Notes under the pieces: model-generated
Seen by the model: the letters and a program-made list of their open reading frames with translations, nothing else
The model's database searches: none
Told to the model about the DNA's origin: nothing
Translations under genes and position numbers: made by a program
In this document: positions 11,868 to 25,204 of the stretch, piece by piece
Layout: each line of letters starts with the position of its first letter
Position numbering within the stretch: position 1 is the first letter of the stretch
Source of the DNA: Octopus sinensis
Lineage: Eukaryota
Assembly: GCF_006345805.1 (NCBI RefSeq)
Contig: NW_021831868.1
Location: 606-64,605, forward strand
Direction of reading: 5' to 3'
Length of the DNA: 64,000 nt

Positions 11868-12872
11868 TCTGGAAAGTTTTACAGATTTTTACAGTTCCAG
11901 TGATGGACTGGATCTGTAAAATTCGAATTAGCTTTCACCTCTCTGGTTTTGAGAAGCCAAATTTCTCAACATTGGTATTTAGGCAGTGTGTTACACAAAC
12001 ATCCAATAATTACAGGTATAAAGCTGAAGTTGTAATTTGGGTAGAGTAACTGCACATTTCTCAATAGTTCAGCGTAGGTATTCTTTTGTTCACAGATCTT
12101 CAGCTTCATGCTACTATCCGCTGGGCAGTCAATTCCCACAATTCTCTATCCCAAATCATGTTGTGCTTACATTTTATTGAGTTCTTCACTGGAACATTCC
12201 ATTAGTACTCCTTTTTATTAAGAGTGGCTAAGGCTTCTACCATTTTGTGGGATCTTATTTCTTTGTCTGCGGTGTTATCCTGATATATTTCATTATAGTG
12301 TGTCCTAGCTACAACATCATGTCTCATCGCTTGATAATAGCGTGATAGTATTTTCGGACAACTGCTTATGATGAGGGTGATATCTTCTGTGTTAACTCCA
12401 CAGAGTCTGCACCGGTTGTCACATTTTACTGCTTTTCTTGCATCTCTATCCCTTTTGTGCGTCAGGTACTTGGTTGATATTTCCTGTTCTTGGATTGCAA
12501 GCGCTTGCCTTCAAATTGGAGGAGTCATCCCGCTATTGGTCCATGATAGACTTCTTTGATGATCAGTGTTACTATCATCTCGGAGCTTTCTATTAACATA
12601 TCTATGCATAGTCTTCTACTCATATAGGATTATCCTTTCATCTGGTGATAGGTTGCGGTAGAGTCGTGCGACTTTATTGGGCATGTTTGTAGGTTATCAG
12701 ACACAGAATGTTACTCAAGGTGCTACCTTCCAAGTCTTATGATGTTATCAGTCTCATGTACCCAAACTTGGTCAAGGGACGAACTTCAATACTTGGTGGT
12801 TAAGAGGTGTTGGCGAAGGAGTATGATACGACATTCAAAGGCATTTTGGATCTATATTAAGCCTCTGCCGCC
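11868..12872 (-). mobile_element. Decayed RLE-type (R4/Dong-like) non-LTR retrotransposon, 3' 1 kb
   Basis: Reverse-strand motifs across frameshifts: GGRGL, ALAIQEQEISTKYL, CRLCGVNTEDITLIISSC (zinc knuckle with H>L), RHDVVAR, GIDCPAD...KNTYAELL, FIPVIIGCL, LQIQSITGTVKICKTF. Confidence 0.85.
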
Positions 12873-13414
12873 TATGTATGTATGTATGTATATATGTAAG
12901 TATGTATGTATGTAGGTATGTTATTATCATGTATGTACATACGTACGGATATATAACATTTAAGTGCGAGCGGATATATTTCATGCCTCTAATAATATAA
13001 TTCATTATTCGGACGAGCTTGTATAGCGTGCCGTATATTATCGGGCAGGTCTCATTCTTTTGTTGTTACCTTTCATAATAATTATTATTATTATTACTAT
13101 ATGTGTGTATGTGTGTGGGGGTATGTGGGGGTGTTTATGTGCATGTTTATGTGTTACTGTGTGTACGAAATTCTCAGTATTTTACACTTGTAAAATATTG
13201 AGGTCCACGTGATCAATTGGATCCCACCCTTGAAATTACAGGCTTTGTAGGAAATTTAGAAAGAGCCAGCTTAGTCTGAAACTATACTTGCTAAAATTAT
13301 TATACATATAGCATACTATCACAAATAAAGCAAAGAGTCTTCAATACAAATTATATAGTGAATAACTTGGTGGTTGTGTACGATAAATTTAAGCTTCATG
13401 TTGTCCAAATAATC

Positions 13415-13779
13415 ATTTCTACTATAGGCACAAGGCCTGAAATTTGGGAGAAGGGGTCTAGTCGATTACATCGACCCCAGTGTTTCAATCGTACTTAATT
13501 TATTGATCCCGAAAGGATGAAAGGCAAAGTTGACTACGGTGGAATTTGGACGGAGAACGTAGCGACGAGCGAAATACCTATTTCTTTACTACCCACAGAG
13601 AAGACAAACGGATTAAGTCAATTATATCGACCCCAGTGCGTAACTGGTCTTTAATTTTTCGACCCCGAAAGGATGAAAGGCAAAGTCGACCTCGGCGGAA
13701 TTTGAACTCAGAACGTAGCGGCAGACGAAATACGGCTACGCATTTCGCCCGGCGTGCTAACGTTTCTGCCAGCTCCCGC
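13415..13779 (-). mobile_element. SINE A heterodimer (A2 unit plus headless A1 unit) with 21-bp TSD
   Basis: CTTCATGTTGTCCAAATAATC at 13394-13414 and 13780-13800. Junction GGGTAGTAAAGAAATAG|GTATTTCG. Confidence 0.9.
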
Positions 13780-13849
13780 CTTCATGTTGTCCAAATAATC
13801 CCTATACTACTACTAATACTACTACTACTACAAACAATAATTGTTTCCA

Positions 13850-14055
13850 ATTTTTGCACAGAGCCAGCAGTTTTGACAGGAGCAGGGAAATTGATTACAT
13901 CGACCACAATATTTTACTGGTACTTATTTTATCAACCCCGAAAGGATGACGGCCGAACTCGACCCCATTTGAATTTGAACTCAAAACAGAGACGGGCGAA
14001 GTGCTGCAAAGAATTTTGTACGGCATAATAACGATTCTGCAAGTTTGCCGCCTTG
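13850..14055 (-). mobile_element. Diverged SINE A monomer
   Basis: + strand CCCCGAAAGGATGA...AATTTGAACTC...AACGATTCTGC, the reverse complement of core and head. Confidence 0.7.
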
Positions 14056-14282
14056 CGAAAAGCTAAGAACAAAACTAAATTTTTTTTTTTATTCCTTTTA
14101 AATTTTTTTAGCAATAATCAGATTATGTCTCCAAATAAAAAACAATCAAATCTCGCAAGTTAACGTTAAATGACTTTTATTTCCAGCTTAGTCGGAAACG
14201 TGGCGCAATGTTGTTGTTGTTTAGTTGAACTGTGATATATAATATATACATATATGTACACAACATACATATATATATATCC

Positions 14283-14315
<33 letters not shown>

Positions 14316-14344
14316 ACACACACACATATATATATATAATATAT

Positions 14345-14386
<42 letters not shown>

Positions 14387-14470
14387 CCATATATATATAT
14401 ATATATATATATATTACATATATCCATATTTATATATGTGTATAATATATATTATATAGAATATTATATA

Positions 14471-14513
<43 letters not shown>

Positions 14514-16689
14514 TGTACATACATATACATACATATACATATATACATGTAAATGTGTGAGTATATATATGTATGTATGTGTGTATGACACCGAGGTTAA
14601 TTGATATCATATTCCTATGTTCTCAAAACTCTTGGTGTCTGTTCTTTACCAAATACATTAATAAATACAAACATATACAAATATATATTTCTGCACTTAC
14701 ACACACACACACACACAGATATGCATACATAAATACACACCCACACGGGTAATAAGTGTATGTATATGTATGTTCATGCATTTGCTAAAAACCAGACAGT
14801 ACGAATTTTATGAACCTTGAACGAATTAAGATATAAATTAACCTCGGTAAAATTTGAACTTATATCCTAGCAGAGAAGAAAGCAGATATTGTGTTATTAC
14901 ACTGTCCGTTTAGATTCTTTATGATAATAAATTATAAATTAAGATATTGTATTTGATTCTGAATCTCCATCTTGTGAATATCCGACATTTTTTTTTAATG
15001 TTTGTATGATTTTGAGTTAAAGCGTCAGCTAACACAATGAAAATTAATTCTCAAGATATTTCATATTTCTTTAATATTTCTTTTATATATTTCTACAGTT
15101 ATTATTCGTTTATCTCTCTTTTTCTTGGATCATATAACTACACACTTTAACCTATTCCCACATTTTCTGCAAAAAAATCTCCTCTTAATCCAATTTATGA
15201 AGTTGCTAAAATTTACTGCAAACTACATAAACAAATGCAGCGTCTATAAATCTACGCATTTTACCCCCTGGGCCTGTTGGATTATTATATTATTATTCTT
15301 TTCTTTTCCATCTCGTCTTCTCTAGCTAATTTTCCACTCATTTTCTCTCACCATCTCTTATTTATAGACGCACCCATTTCCCTTCTTTTTTATCCACTCT
15401 CTCTCACCCTCTTTTTCCCTTTCTGCATTTGTGTCACCATCGCTGAGACTTTCTCTCATGTACTCTTAACATTTTTTCCCCTTTCTATTTCGTATTAATG
15501 CATGGAAAAAACTTTTAAAAATATATAAATATTAAATCCATAAAAATGAAAATTTATGAGTGAAACACCCTTACCCAATACCCATCTTAAATATCCTACA
15601 AACAAATTGTCGATTTAAGACATTCAGATATAGTATAATACTCGACAAATAAAATGTCACAGATACAAAATAATTGAAACAATCATGAGAAAAATCTAAC
15701 ATAAAAATCGGAAAACATTGAAAAGAAAGAAAATAAAATCTATCGTATTAAAGTGAAAAATCCAAGAAAGCTATGTAAACATTATAGCAAAATTATAGAA
15801 ATTAAACAAACGTAGAAGCAACGAATTTAATAAAAATATTAGAATAAAATCTAAATATGTGTTAGTAACTCTAGTCATATTTCGTAAGAAGTATCTGTTC
15901 TTTTATTTATATAATGTGTTTCTTATTGTTGTACTTTAACAAAATACGCTGATGCAGCCTCAATAAATAAAGACATGGAGAAGCAAACTTGATAATTCTT
16001 ACGTTACGTACACGTAAACCATACACAGAAACGCATACACTCTTGCATTTAATATGTACTTAGATATGCAGACGCATGCTTGAATGTACTTCGATACAGA
16101 AACATATACTTACACGTACGTAGGTGCTAACGTATATATTCATTCATGCAGATACACCTGCACATACACACACATGCACTCAGATATGCAAAAATAAAAT
16201 TTAATCACCGAAAATGAAAACAAACAAAAAATGTTCAAATCAAAATCTGATACCAGATCTAGTCATATTTCTTAAGGACCATCTCTCTTCTCTTTTGTTT
16301 TAATTTACCATACATTAATTAATTAACACACTTGTTTGTTTGTTTGTTTGTTTATTGTATAGAATAATTAAATCAATAATATTTGGTTTTGAAATAAAAC
16401 AGCTGATTACAAAATGGAAGCATATCATAAAAAACAGCGGCCATATTGGAAACGATAACAGCTTCATGAATGTATGGGAAAATAAATAAAAACAAAATTT
16501 GCTGATATTTCATTTTTCTTGCACTTAAATCACCGAGAAAATGAATAAACATTATTCATATTAAGAAATATTTAAATTATTAGTAACAGAAGTAGAATTA
16601 TAATGTTTGTTATTGTATTTGTTAATATCCATTTTTTTATATTTTACTTTTCCATTTAATTTAGTAATTCATTGTTGTTGTTCTTCTTC

Positions 16690-16802
16690 TTTTTCTTATT
16701 CTTGTCATCATCATTATCATCATCACCATCATTATCCTCATTATTATTATTATTTTTATTATTATTATTATTATTATATTATTATTATTATTGTTATTGT
16801 TA

Positions 16803-16845
<43 letters not shown>

Positions 16846-16865
16846 CATTATAAATATTGTTATTA
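16690..16865. repeat. (CAT)n/(TAT)n microsatellite (tail of element F)
   Basis: Direct reading. Confidence 0.9.
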
Positions 16866-17424
16866 TTTAGTGAGAGAGCAGGGCATGCCACCAAAGTGAC
16901 ACTGGAGTACAAATATACGAAGCCCAGTATACCCATCATGACTACCCGTCTGATAAGGGTACACCAGGCACATGCATCACAGCCATATGTGCGCGACGTG
17001 GTGATCTCATATCAAGATAAACAGCGCATGACCTTGCAGGTGGGGCCCAGTTAGAATTTTCTTCTGGTCGAGTGCCCATCCCGGTCAAAAGGTCCCTGAA
17101 TGAAGATTGTTGAAGGGTGTTGAACGAACCACCCATGTTTCCAGAGGTGAATTATCCAAACCTCCAAGAATTCCTTTCAACACATGGCTTTGATGCTCCC
17201 CCACTACTTCTGCTCATGATAAGAGAGGCACATATCGTCAGCCACTAAGGGACATGCTCAACTGGATAAGGTCAAACAACTGCTAAGCAAATCTGTGGTA
17301 TTCAGCAAAATATTTGCTGTAGCCCATCTTTTATACCAAGATAAAACAATGTACATGATAACACTTCCAATCAGTTAAGATCAGAAGCCATGAAGGCCAT
17401 TGTCTGGTACTGCATCAGGGCATT
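16866..17424 (-). mobile_element. Unclassified ~560-bp retroposon-like repeat (family F)
   Basis: 17200-17424 is the reverse complement of 47634-47857 (CCCTGATGCAG...GATCTTAACTGATTGG...GGGGGAGCATC). It ends in an (AAT)n tail. Confidence 0.65.
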
Positions 17425-18254
17425 TATTATTGTTATTATTATTATTATCATTATCATCATCATCATCATCATTATTCCTGGCACTTACAATGAAAGGTGT
17501 ATGGTTGAAACGATTATTATAACTACTACTACTACTATTAGTATTATAACTAACTATTGGTACCACTACAATTGCTGTTGTTTTTGTTGTTGCTGTTGCT
17601 GCTACTGCTGTTATTGTTGTTAGTGTTGTAGTTGCGTTGATGCTTTTTCTTGTTGTTTGGAAAACTTGTTTTGGTAGCGGTTGGGGAGAGCGGCGATGGC
17701 CGTGGTGATTGGGACAATTATAAGAACAAAATAGGGAGAACAATTGAGAAAATAAGGCTAAGTAAGTATTACTGAGAAAAGATATATAGAGACAGCGAGC
17801 GTAACAAAGAAAAGACCCTACAATATAATTGAAATTTCACTTAAAAGACACAAAACCTTAAAAATATTTCAACAACGAACACAACATTGCAATCAACAAT
17901 ACCATCACCATAACCTCTTGTTGTGCACACCATTATAATGATCCATATTAACACAGAAAATATATAATAATGATAACTAACTATAATGTATTTGAATTTT
18001 AACGCGACACACATGTGTACAGGACACATCATGTACATAAGCGAATAAGCACAAAGTAGATCCATGATTAGACTAACACACTAACAGTAAGAAGACACAT
18101 ACAAAATAACAACAGTAGCATCCGTAGAAGAAATGACTACAAAATAACAAATGTATTACATGTAAAATAACAAATAACTAAACAAGAACAACTGCACATA
18201 TAAAAGAACATAATAGTCACATCCACATGAAACATGTATATATGCATACGTACG

Positions 18255-18555
18255 TACATACACAAGAACATCACAGACAAATAAAATATACATACATATA
18301 CACATAGGTGTGTACACAAAGACATCACAAACAAATAAGATATATATGCATCTACGCATATGTAGTTGGAATTTGCATATACACATATGTACATACACAA
18401 GAACATCACAAACAAATAAAATATACATACATATACACATACGTACGTACACAAGGACATCACAAACAAATAAGAAATATATGCACGTACACATATGTAG
18501 TTGGAATTTATATATACACATATGTACATACACAAGAACATCACAAACAAACAAA
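18255..18555. repeat. Minisatellite with 54+81 bp subunits (135-bp higher-order unit)
   Basis: ACATCACA(A/G)ACAAA at 18268, 18322, 18403, 18457 and 18538. Confidence 0.9.
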
Positions 18556-19009
18556 TACGCACACACCTAAAAGGACAGAACAAAATTATATCGACAAACG
18601 ACGCTATACACCAAAAGAAAAACATCACCGACTAAACAACGTATAAATTATTCACAATTTCTTTTCCTGCCTTCGGGTTGAATAAATAAAATAACAATTA
18701 CAATAATGACAATAAATATCACAACATTAACGAAAATAACAACAACAACAGGATCTATAAAATCCCTCCAAAATATGTCAGAAATAAATAACTGGAGAAT
18801 TAGTTTAGAATAAATAACGGAATTTGGGATAAAGGCATTAAAAAAGATGAACGAAGATTGACGAAAAACAGAGATGAGAAAAATTGAGAGCTTCAGCAAA
18901 AGGTTTCCCTTGGAGATTTTTTGTTTAGTTTTCTTGTTTGTTACCGATTTTATTTAATTTCTCATGTTTGTGTCTCTTTGTCTCTTTCATATGTTTTATA
19001 TTATTAATA

Positions 19010-19072
19010 ATTATTATTATTATTATCATTATTATTATCATTATTATTATCATTATTATTATTATTATTATC

Positions 19073-19112
<40 letters not shown>

Positions 19113-19345
19113 CATCATCATCATCATCATCTAATCATCATTAATTATATTATTATTATTATTATTATTATTATTATCATCATTACTATTATTATTATTA
19201 TTTTCATCAATCGTCACCATCCCCTCCTTACTTTCATCATCACCATCATCATCATCATCATCATCATCAACATCGTCATCGTCATCATCATCATCATCTT
19301 TATCATCCTGATCATCCACATCTCCATCATTATCATCACCGTCGC

Positions 19346-19401
<56 letters not shown>

Positions 19402-19600
19402 ACATCGTCATCGTCATCATCATCATCTTTATCATCCTGATCATCCTGATCATCCTCATCTCCATCATCATTATCATCACCGTCGCCATCATCATCATCA
19501 TCATCACCCATCATCATCACCACCATCATTATCATCACCATCATCATCATCATTATCATCATCACCATCATCATCTTCTTCATCATTATCAACATAATCT
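19010..19600. repeat. (ATT)n/(ATC)n microsatellite
   Basis: Direct reading. Confidence 0.95.
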
Positions 19601-20025
19601 TTTTTTATTGTTGCTGTTGTTGTTGATGATGCTGATGCTGATGCTGATACAGTTATCATTTATTCGTTTTGATGGGGGTGGGGTGGGGGTTCGAGCAGAG
19701 TTTTTGTTTGTAAAATTTAAATATTAATTGACAGAGAAAATCATGATAGGACGAGTGAGAAAACAAAATGTAGGATGGCGAAAAGGTGTGGAACGGAGCG
19801 GGTAGGGTGTTTGCGTGTAATGGGTGGGTGGGTGGTTGTTTGCTTAGATGGGGAATGCAAGTAATGGATGGGGGTGGGAGGGATAAGTCGGTGTTAAAAA
19901 GATGACAATGTGTTTTGTCCGAAAAGACGAGATTGGTGGTGAGACGATAAGCTTACACTCACACACACATTATACATACATACATACAGTATATATATAC
20001 ATAATACATATATATACATATATAT

Positions 20026-20076
<51 letters not shown>

Positions 20077-20174
20077 TATACATATATTAACATATATATA
20101 TATATAGATATATATATATATATATATACATTATATATATATATGTATATATATATATATAGATATATAGATAT

Positions 20175-20238
<64 letters not shown>

Positions 20239-20458
20239 TGTCTGATTGTGTGTACATTTTTACATGCCAATGGATATATATATATCATATATACACACAC
20301 ACACACATATATATATATATATGTCTGATGTGTGTATTTTACATGCCAATGGATATATATATATCATAATATACATATATATATAATACATACATATATA
20401 TATATATATAATATCATATATATATATAATATAAATAATATATAAATATATGTGTGTG

Positions 20459-20495
<37 letters not shown>

Positions 20496-21174
20496 ATGTG
20501 TGCGTATGTATATGTGTAGTGTGTTTGTATGTGTGCGTGGTTGTTGTAGCTCCACATACGTACATATATGTATACGTAGAAACGAAAATGGCACACGATA
20601 CAAAACGAGCAGTTAGCCACAGCTTTCTTCTTCTAGCCATCTTACTCATTGCCCGGAAGCAAGTGACCACGTGATATACTAAAAACGAAATCGATGTAAT
20701 TATCACTGGGAAAGGAAAATTTCATGTACACATACATATACATACATATATGTAAATCAATATATATATATATATATATATACGTACTTTGATTTGAGTT
20801 TACCGTTGTTTTTAAAAAAATATGCTAATGCAATCTATTTCAATGGTAGACTCACGGACACATGGAAATACACATGAGTACGTACATGTCGTTTGTGACA
20901 GAACACATTCAAGCATATCGTGGTTATATTTACATTGATACAGATATTTAGTTTAATACATTTCTTTACTCGTACGCTCTCAGATAAGCACAAATCCTTC
21001 ACACATTCATGTGTGTATATGAATGGATAAACGTAGGCACTCACATACAGACACATACGCATACACACATACACATGCACACACATATATATATGTATGT
21101 GTGTATGTATTTTGGCATATATTAACATATATTAACATATGCTTTGGCATATATTAACATAACTTTTACGCTTT

Positions 21175-21736
21175 ACTTCTTTCAGTCATTATAGTGACGC
21201 CATGCTGGGGCAAATCTTTGATGCATCTTTAGTCGAATGTATCCACTCCACTACATATGACTGCTTTTATGATCCTGATATTTATTTTATCTTTCCCCTT
21301 TAACCGAACCGCTAGGTTACAGGGACGTGAACACGCCTCCAGATTTATTCAAGTGGTGGTGAGGGACAAACACAGACAAAAGGACACATTATATACATAC
21401 ATACATACATACATACATACATACACACATACATACATACATATATACATACATACATACATACATACATGCATACATACATACATACATACATACATAC
21501 ATACATACATACATACATACATACATGCATACATATATATATGCATACATGCACATACACACACACACACATATATATATATAACAGGATTCTTTCCGTT
21601 TCCGTTGCCAACTCCGGTCACAAGGCATTCGTCGGTCCGAGGCTATAGTGGAAGATACTCTCCCAAGGTGTCACGCAGTGGGACTGAACCCGGAACCATG
21701 TGGTTGAGAAATAAACTTCTTACCACACAGCCACGC
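21175..21736 (-). mobile_element. SINE B, full length, with expanded internal (CATA)n
   Basis: + strand GGGACTGAACCCGGAACCATGTGG...TACCACACAGCCAC (reverse complement of head); tail CAGTCATT...GCCATGCTGG. Confidence 0.8.
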
Positions 21737-21895
21737 GAAAACAAGGTGCTACAACATAAACCGACTAGTGGTATGTATTTGAACTGCATAGAAGAATTTA
21801 TATTTACTAAATAATAAACAACATAAAATTCTACCTAGCATCTTAAGGAAATGTCAATTCCTAGAGCAATCTCGGCATCCATACTTTATAAACGA

Positions 21896-22282
21896 CTAGC
21901 AGTATCGCCCGGCGTTGCTCGGGTTTGTAAGGGAAATAACTATATAAGCATTTTTAGAGAGTTATAGCCAAAAAATGCATTAAAAATGGAAAAAAAATGA
22001 TAGTAATTTTTTTTTAAATCGTTGACGCATCGTAGACATTTTTAGAGAGTTACTTCCCTTATACAATAGCGAAAAAAATGCATTAAAATGGAAAAAAACG
22101 ATGGTAAATTTTCTTTTAAATCGTAGACTCATCGTAGACGCGCGCTAATACCCAGAAGGGCTCGATATGAATCACGACTATAAGATACCCGGTTTTGGTT
22201 AAACTGCACCGCAAAATGTGGGAGTAGTTAGGAATCTAAATCGTAGGAGACAGACACACAACCTTACTTTTATATATAAAGA
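21896..22282 (-). mobile_element. Non-autonomous Helitron-like element
   Basis: On the reverse strand it starts A|TC and ends CCCGAGCAACGCCGGGCGATACTG-CTAG|T, i.e. a GC-rich hairpin before CTAG, an AT target and no TSD. Internal duplication of about 95 bp. Confidence 0.75.
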
Positions 22283-22691
22283 TATTGTATTGACTGAACC
22301 TAAAAAATGCTAGTGGAACTGATTTTATCCAAGAATTAAGCTGAAAGCATATCTACCTGTGGAATACTCATGCACCTATTTGGTAATTTAGATAACCGCA
22401 TCTTCATCGTTGTAAGCGACGGAGAACCATCTCTCTCTTCGCCACTCTGTGTCTCTCTCGATGTATATACATGTACATTTACATAGTTTGTTGACGTCAT
22501 GAAATGATAGAAACTTAGGAGAGAACTTCAAATGATGATATTTGGGGGGATAGTGATTCTCGAAGTAGATAAAGCTATAGATATAGCGTGTAAATATTTA
22601 GTTACATATACACGCGCACATAGTTACACATAAATACACTCACATATTTACATACGTGTGTTGATATATGTATGTGTATATATATATATAT

Positions 22692-22732
<41 letters not shown>

Positions 22733-23128
22733 CACACATATATATACATATATATATACATATATATATATGTATATACTTACATACATATATACACACA
22801 TACATACATGCATATATACCTATATATACATACATGCATATATATATATATATATGTATGTGTGTGAGTGCATCTGCATGTATATACACTCACATAAGCA
22901 TATACGCATTTCTATGTAAATATATGGCTGTATACTCCTCTGTATGTGTGTGTGTATGTGTTGAAAATAAACATGCGTATACACACCTCTCACTATATGT
23001 GTGTGTGTGTGTGTGTGGTGTGTGTTGTGTGTGTGTGCGCGTGGGTGTCTGTGTCTGTGTATCTACGTTTTTCTATCTTTCTGTTTGTGTCTGTCTCATA
23101 TATGTTTCTATGAAATTATGAATGTACA

Positions 23129-23508
23129 TCTCTCTATATAAACGGCAGTTTGTCTGTGCGTTTTCTGTGTGTCTGTTTTCTCGTACCCTCACTCTGACCA
23201 CGGCTTTCAACCGATTCTGATGAAACTTGACACACACATAGCCCAATGTCATAATTCAAAACTAACGCAGCGAAAATTTTGAAAAGTTCCCCCAGTTCTG
23301 AAAAAAATCGATAAATTCGACATGGGGTCGAGAATCAGAAACCCAAACCACAGACCGTCTAGGGGACGCAACTCCACCTTTTTTAACTCTCAAAAAAATT
23401 TACCATCATTTTTTTTCCATTTTTTTGCTATTTTTGGGCTATAACTCTCTAAAAATGCTTTATAGTTATTTCCCTTACAAACCTGAGCAACGCCGGGCGA
23501 TACTGCTA

Positions 23509-23509
<1 letters not shown>
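23129..23509 (+). mobile_element. Non-autonomous Helitron-like element, second subfamily
   Basis: A|TCTCTCTATATAAA...CCTGAGCAACGCCGGGCGATACTGCTAG|T. Shares its 3' ~120 bp with 21896-22282. Confidence 0.75.
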
Positions 23510-23554
<45 letters not shown>

Positions 23555-23558
<4 letters not shown>

Positions 23559-24115
23559 TTCATATGTACATTCATATATATGTACATACATATATATATC
23601 ACATAAATATATGTGTATGTGTGTGTGTGTGTGCCAGTGTGTGTGTTAGATATAAAGATATGCGCACAGGAAGAACAGGGGAGAATATATCACTAGAGTA
23701 CCATGCTAATATCACGAAGGCTGCTTATGTTTAAATTCATACAAATGCATCTTGAGCGAAACACGAATCCATTGACTGATATTGGTTTTTTGATTATGAA
23801 TATATATCCATAATAAATTGGTTTAGCGTTAGGTTGTGTAGAACTGTTTTTTTTTTTTTTTTTTTTTTTTGGTATCCTGACGGTGAAACGAATATGAGTA
23901 AAGGTTTTTGTATATATGTGCTTCTTTAATGAGAGTTCTATCTGGTGAAGAAACTCGTTTGGCAACCGTAATGTTGGGGGTTCAGTCCTATTGCGCTATA
24001 ATTCGTGTAAGGGTTTTCTGCTATAGCCTTGATTAGACCAATGCATTGTGAGTGATCGTGGAAGACGGAACTATGTGTATGACTATCGAATGTACATACA
24101 CATACGTGCATATAT

Positions 24116-24161
<46 letters not shown>

Positions 24162-24707
24162 TATGTACATTCATATATATGTACATACATATATATATAC
24201 ATAAATATATGTGTATGTGTGTGTGTGTGTGCCAGTGTGTGTGTTAGATATAAAGATATGCGCACAGGAAGAACAGGGGAGAATATAGTCACATAGAGTA
24301 CCATGCTAATATCACGAAGGCTGCTTATGTTTAAATTCATACAAATGCATCTTGAGCGAAACACGAATCCATTGACTGATATTGGTTTTTTGATTATGAA
24401 TATATATCCATAATAAATTGGTTTAGCGTTAGGTTGTGTAGAACTGTTTTTTTTTTTTTTTTTTTTTATCTTGGGATCCTGACGGTGAAACGAATATGAG
24501 TAAGGGTTTTTGTATATATGTGCTTCTTTAATGAGAGTTCTATCTGGTGAAGAATCGTGTTTTGCAACCGTATGTTGGGGGTTCAGTCCTATTGCGCTAT
24601 AATTCGTGTAAGGGTTTTCTGCTATAGCCTTGATTAGACCAATGCATTGTGAGTGATCGTGGAAGACGGAAACTATGTGTATGACTATCGAATGTACATA
24701 CACATAC

Positions 24708-24742
<35 letters not shown>

Positions 24743-24750
24743 GTGTATAT
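23555..24750. repeat. Tandem duplication, two copies of about 600 bp
   Basis: Anchors 23657/24255 and 24101/24703. Bounded by (TA)n. Each copy contains a degenerate SINE B head. Confidence 0.95.
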
Positions 24751-24797
24751 ATATATATATGTGTGTGGTTGTGTGTGTTTGTGTGTGTGTGGTGTGT

Positions 24798-25017
24798 GTC
24801 GGCGAGCTGGCAGAAGCGTTAGCACGCCGGGCGAAATACGTAGCCGTATTTCGTCTGTCGTTACGTTCTGAGTCCAAATTCCGCCTTTCATCTTTTCGGG
24901 GTTGATTAAATAAGTACCAGTTACGCACTGGGGTCGATGTAATCGACTTAATCCGTTTGTCTGTCCTTGTTTGTCCCCTCTATGTTTATCCCCTTGTGAG
25001 TAGTATAGAAATATGTG
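24798..25017 (+). mobile_element. SINE A monomer
   Basis: GGCGAGCTGGCAGAAGCGTTAGCACGCC head, core and A2 tail. Confidence 0.85.
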
Positions 25018-25204
25018 TGTGTGTGTGTGTATGTGCGTGAGTAAGTATGTATGAATGTATGAATGTATGTATATGTGTATATGTATATATAAGTGTGTGT
25101 ATGTATTTTGTCTATTTGTCAGCGTCACCACTTGACAAATAGTCTTACGTTGTTCACGTCCCTGTCACCTGGAGGTTCAACACACGAACCGATAGAATAA
25201 GAAG

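Noticed and set aside
17370-17400. U2 snRNA-like start of family F (GGCCTTCATGGCTTCTGATC)
   Set aside because: Similarity is limited to about 15 scattered bases, with no branch-point recognition sequence or Sm site.
19670-19885. G-quadruplex-capable G runs
   Set aside because: The pattern is present, but this is ordinary GT-rich low-complexity sequence with nothing to suggest function.
24083-24928. 281-aa minus-strand ORF
   Set aside because: Runs through a SINE, TA tracts and the duplication, so it is a chance open frame.
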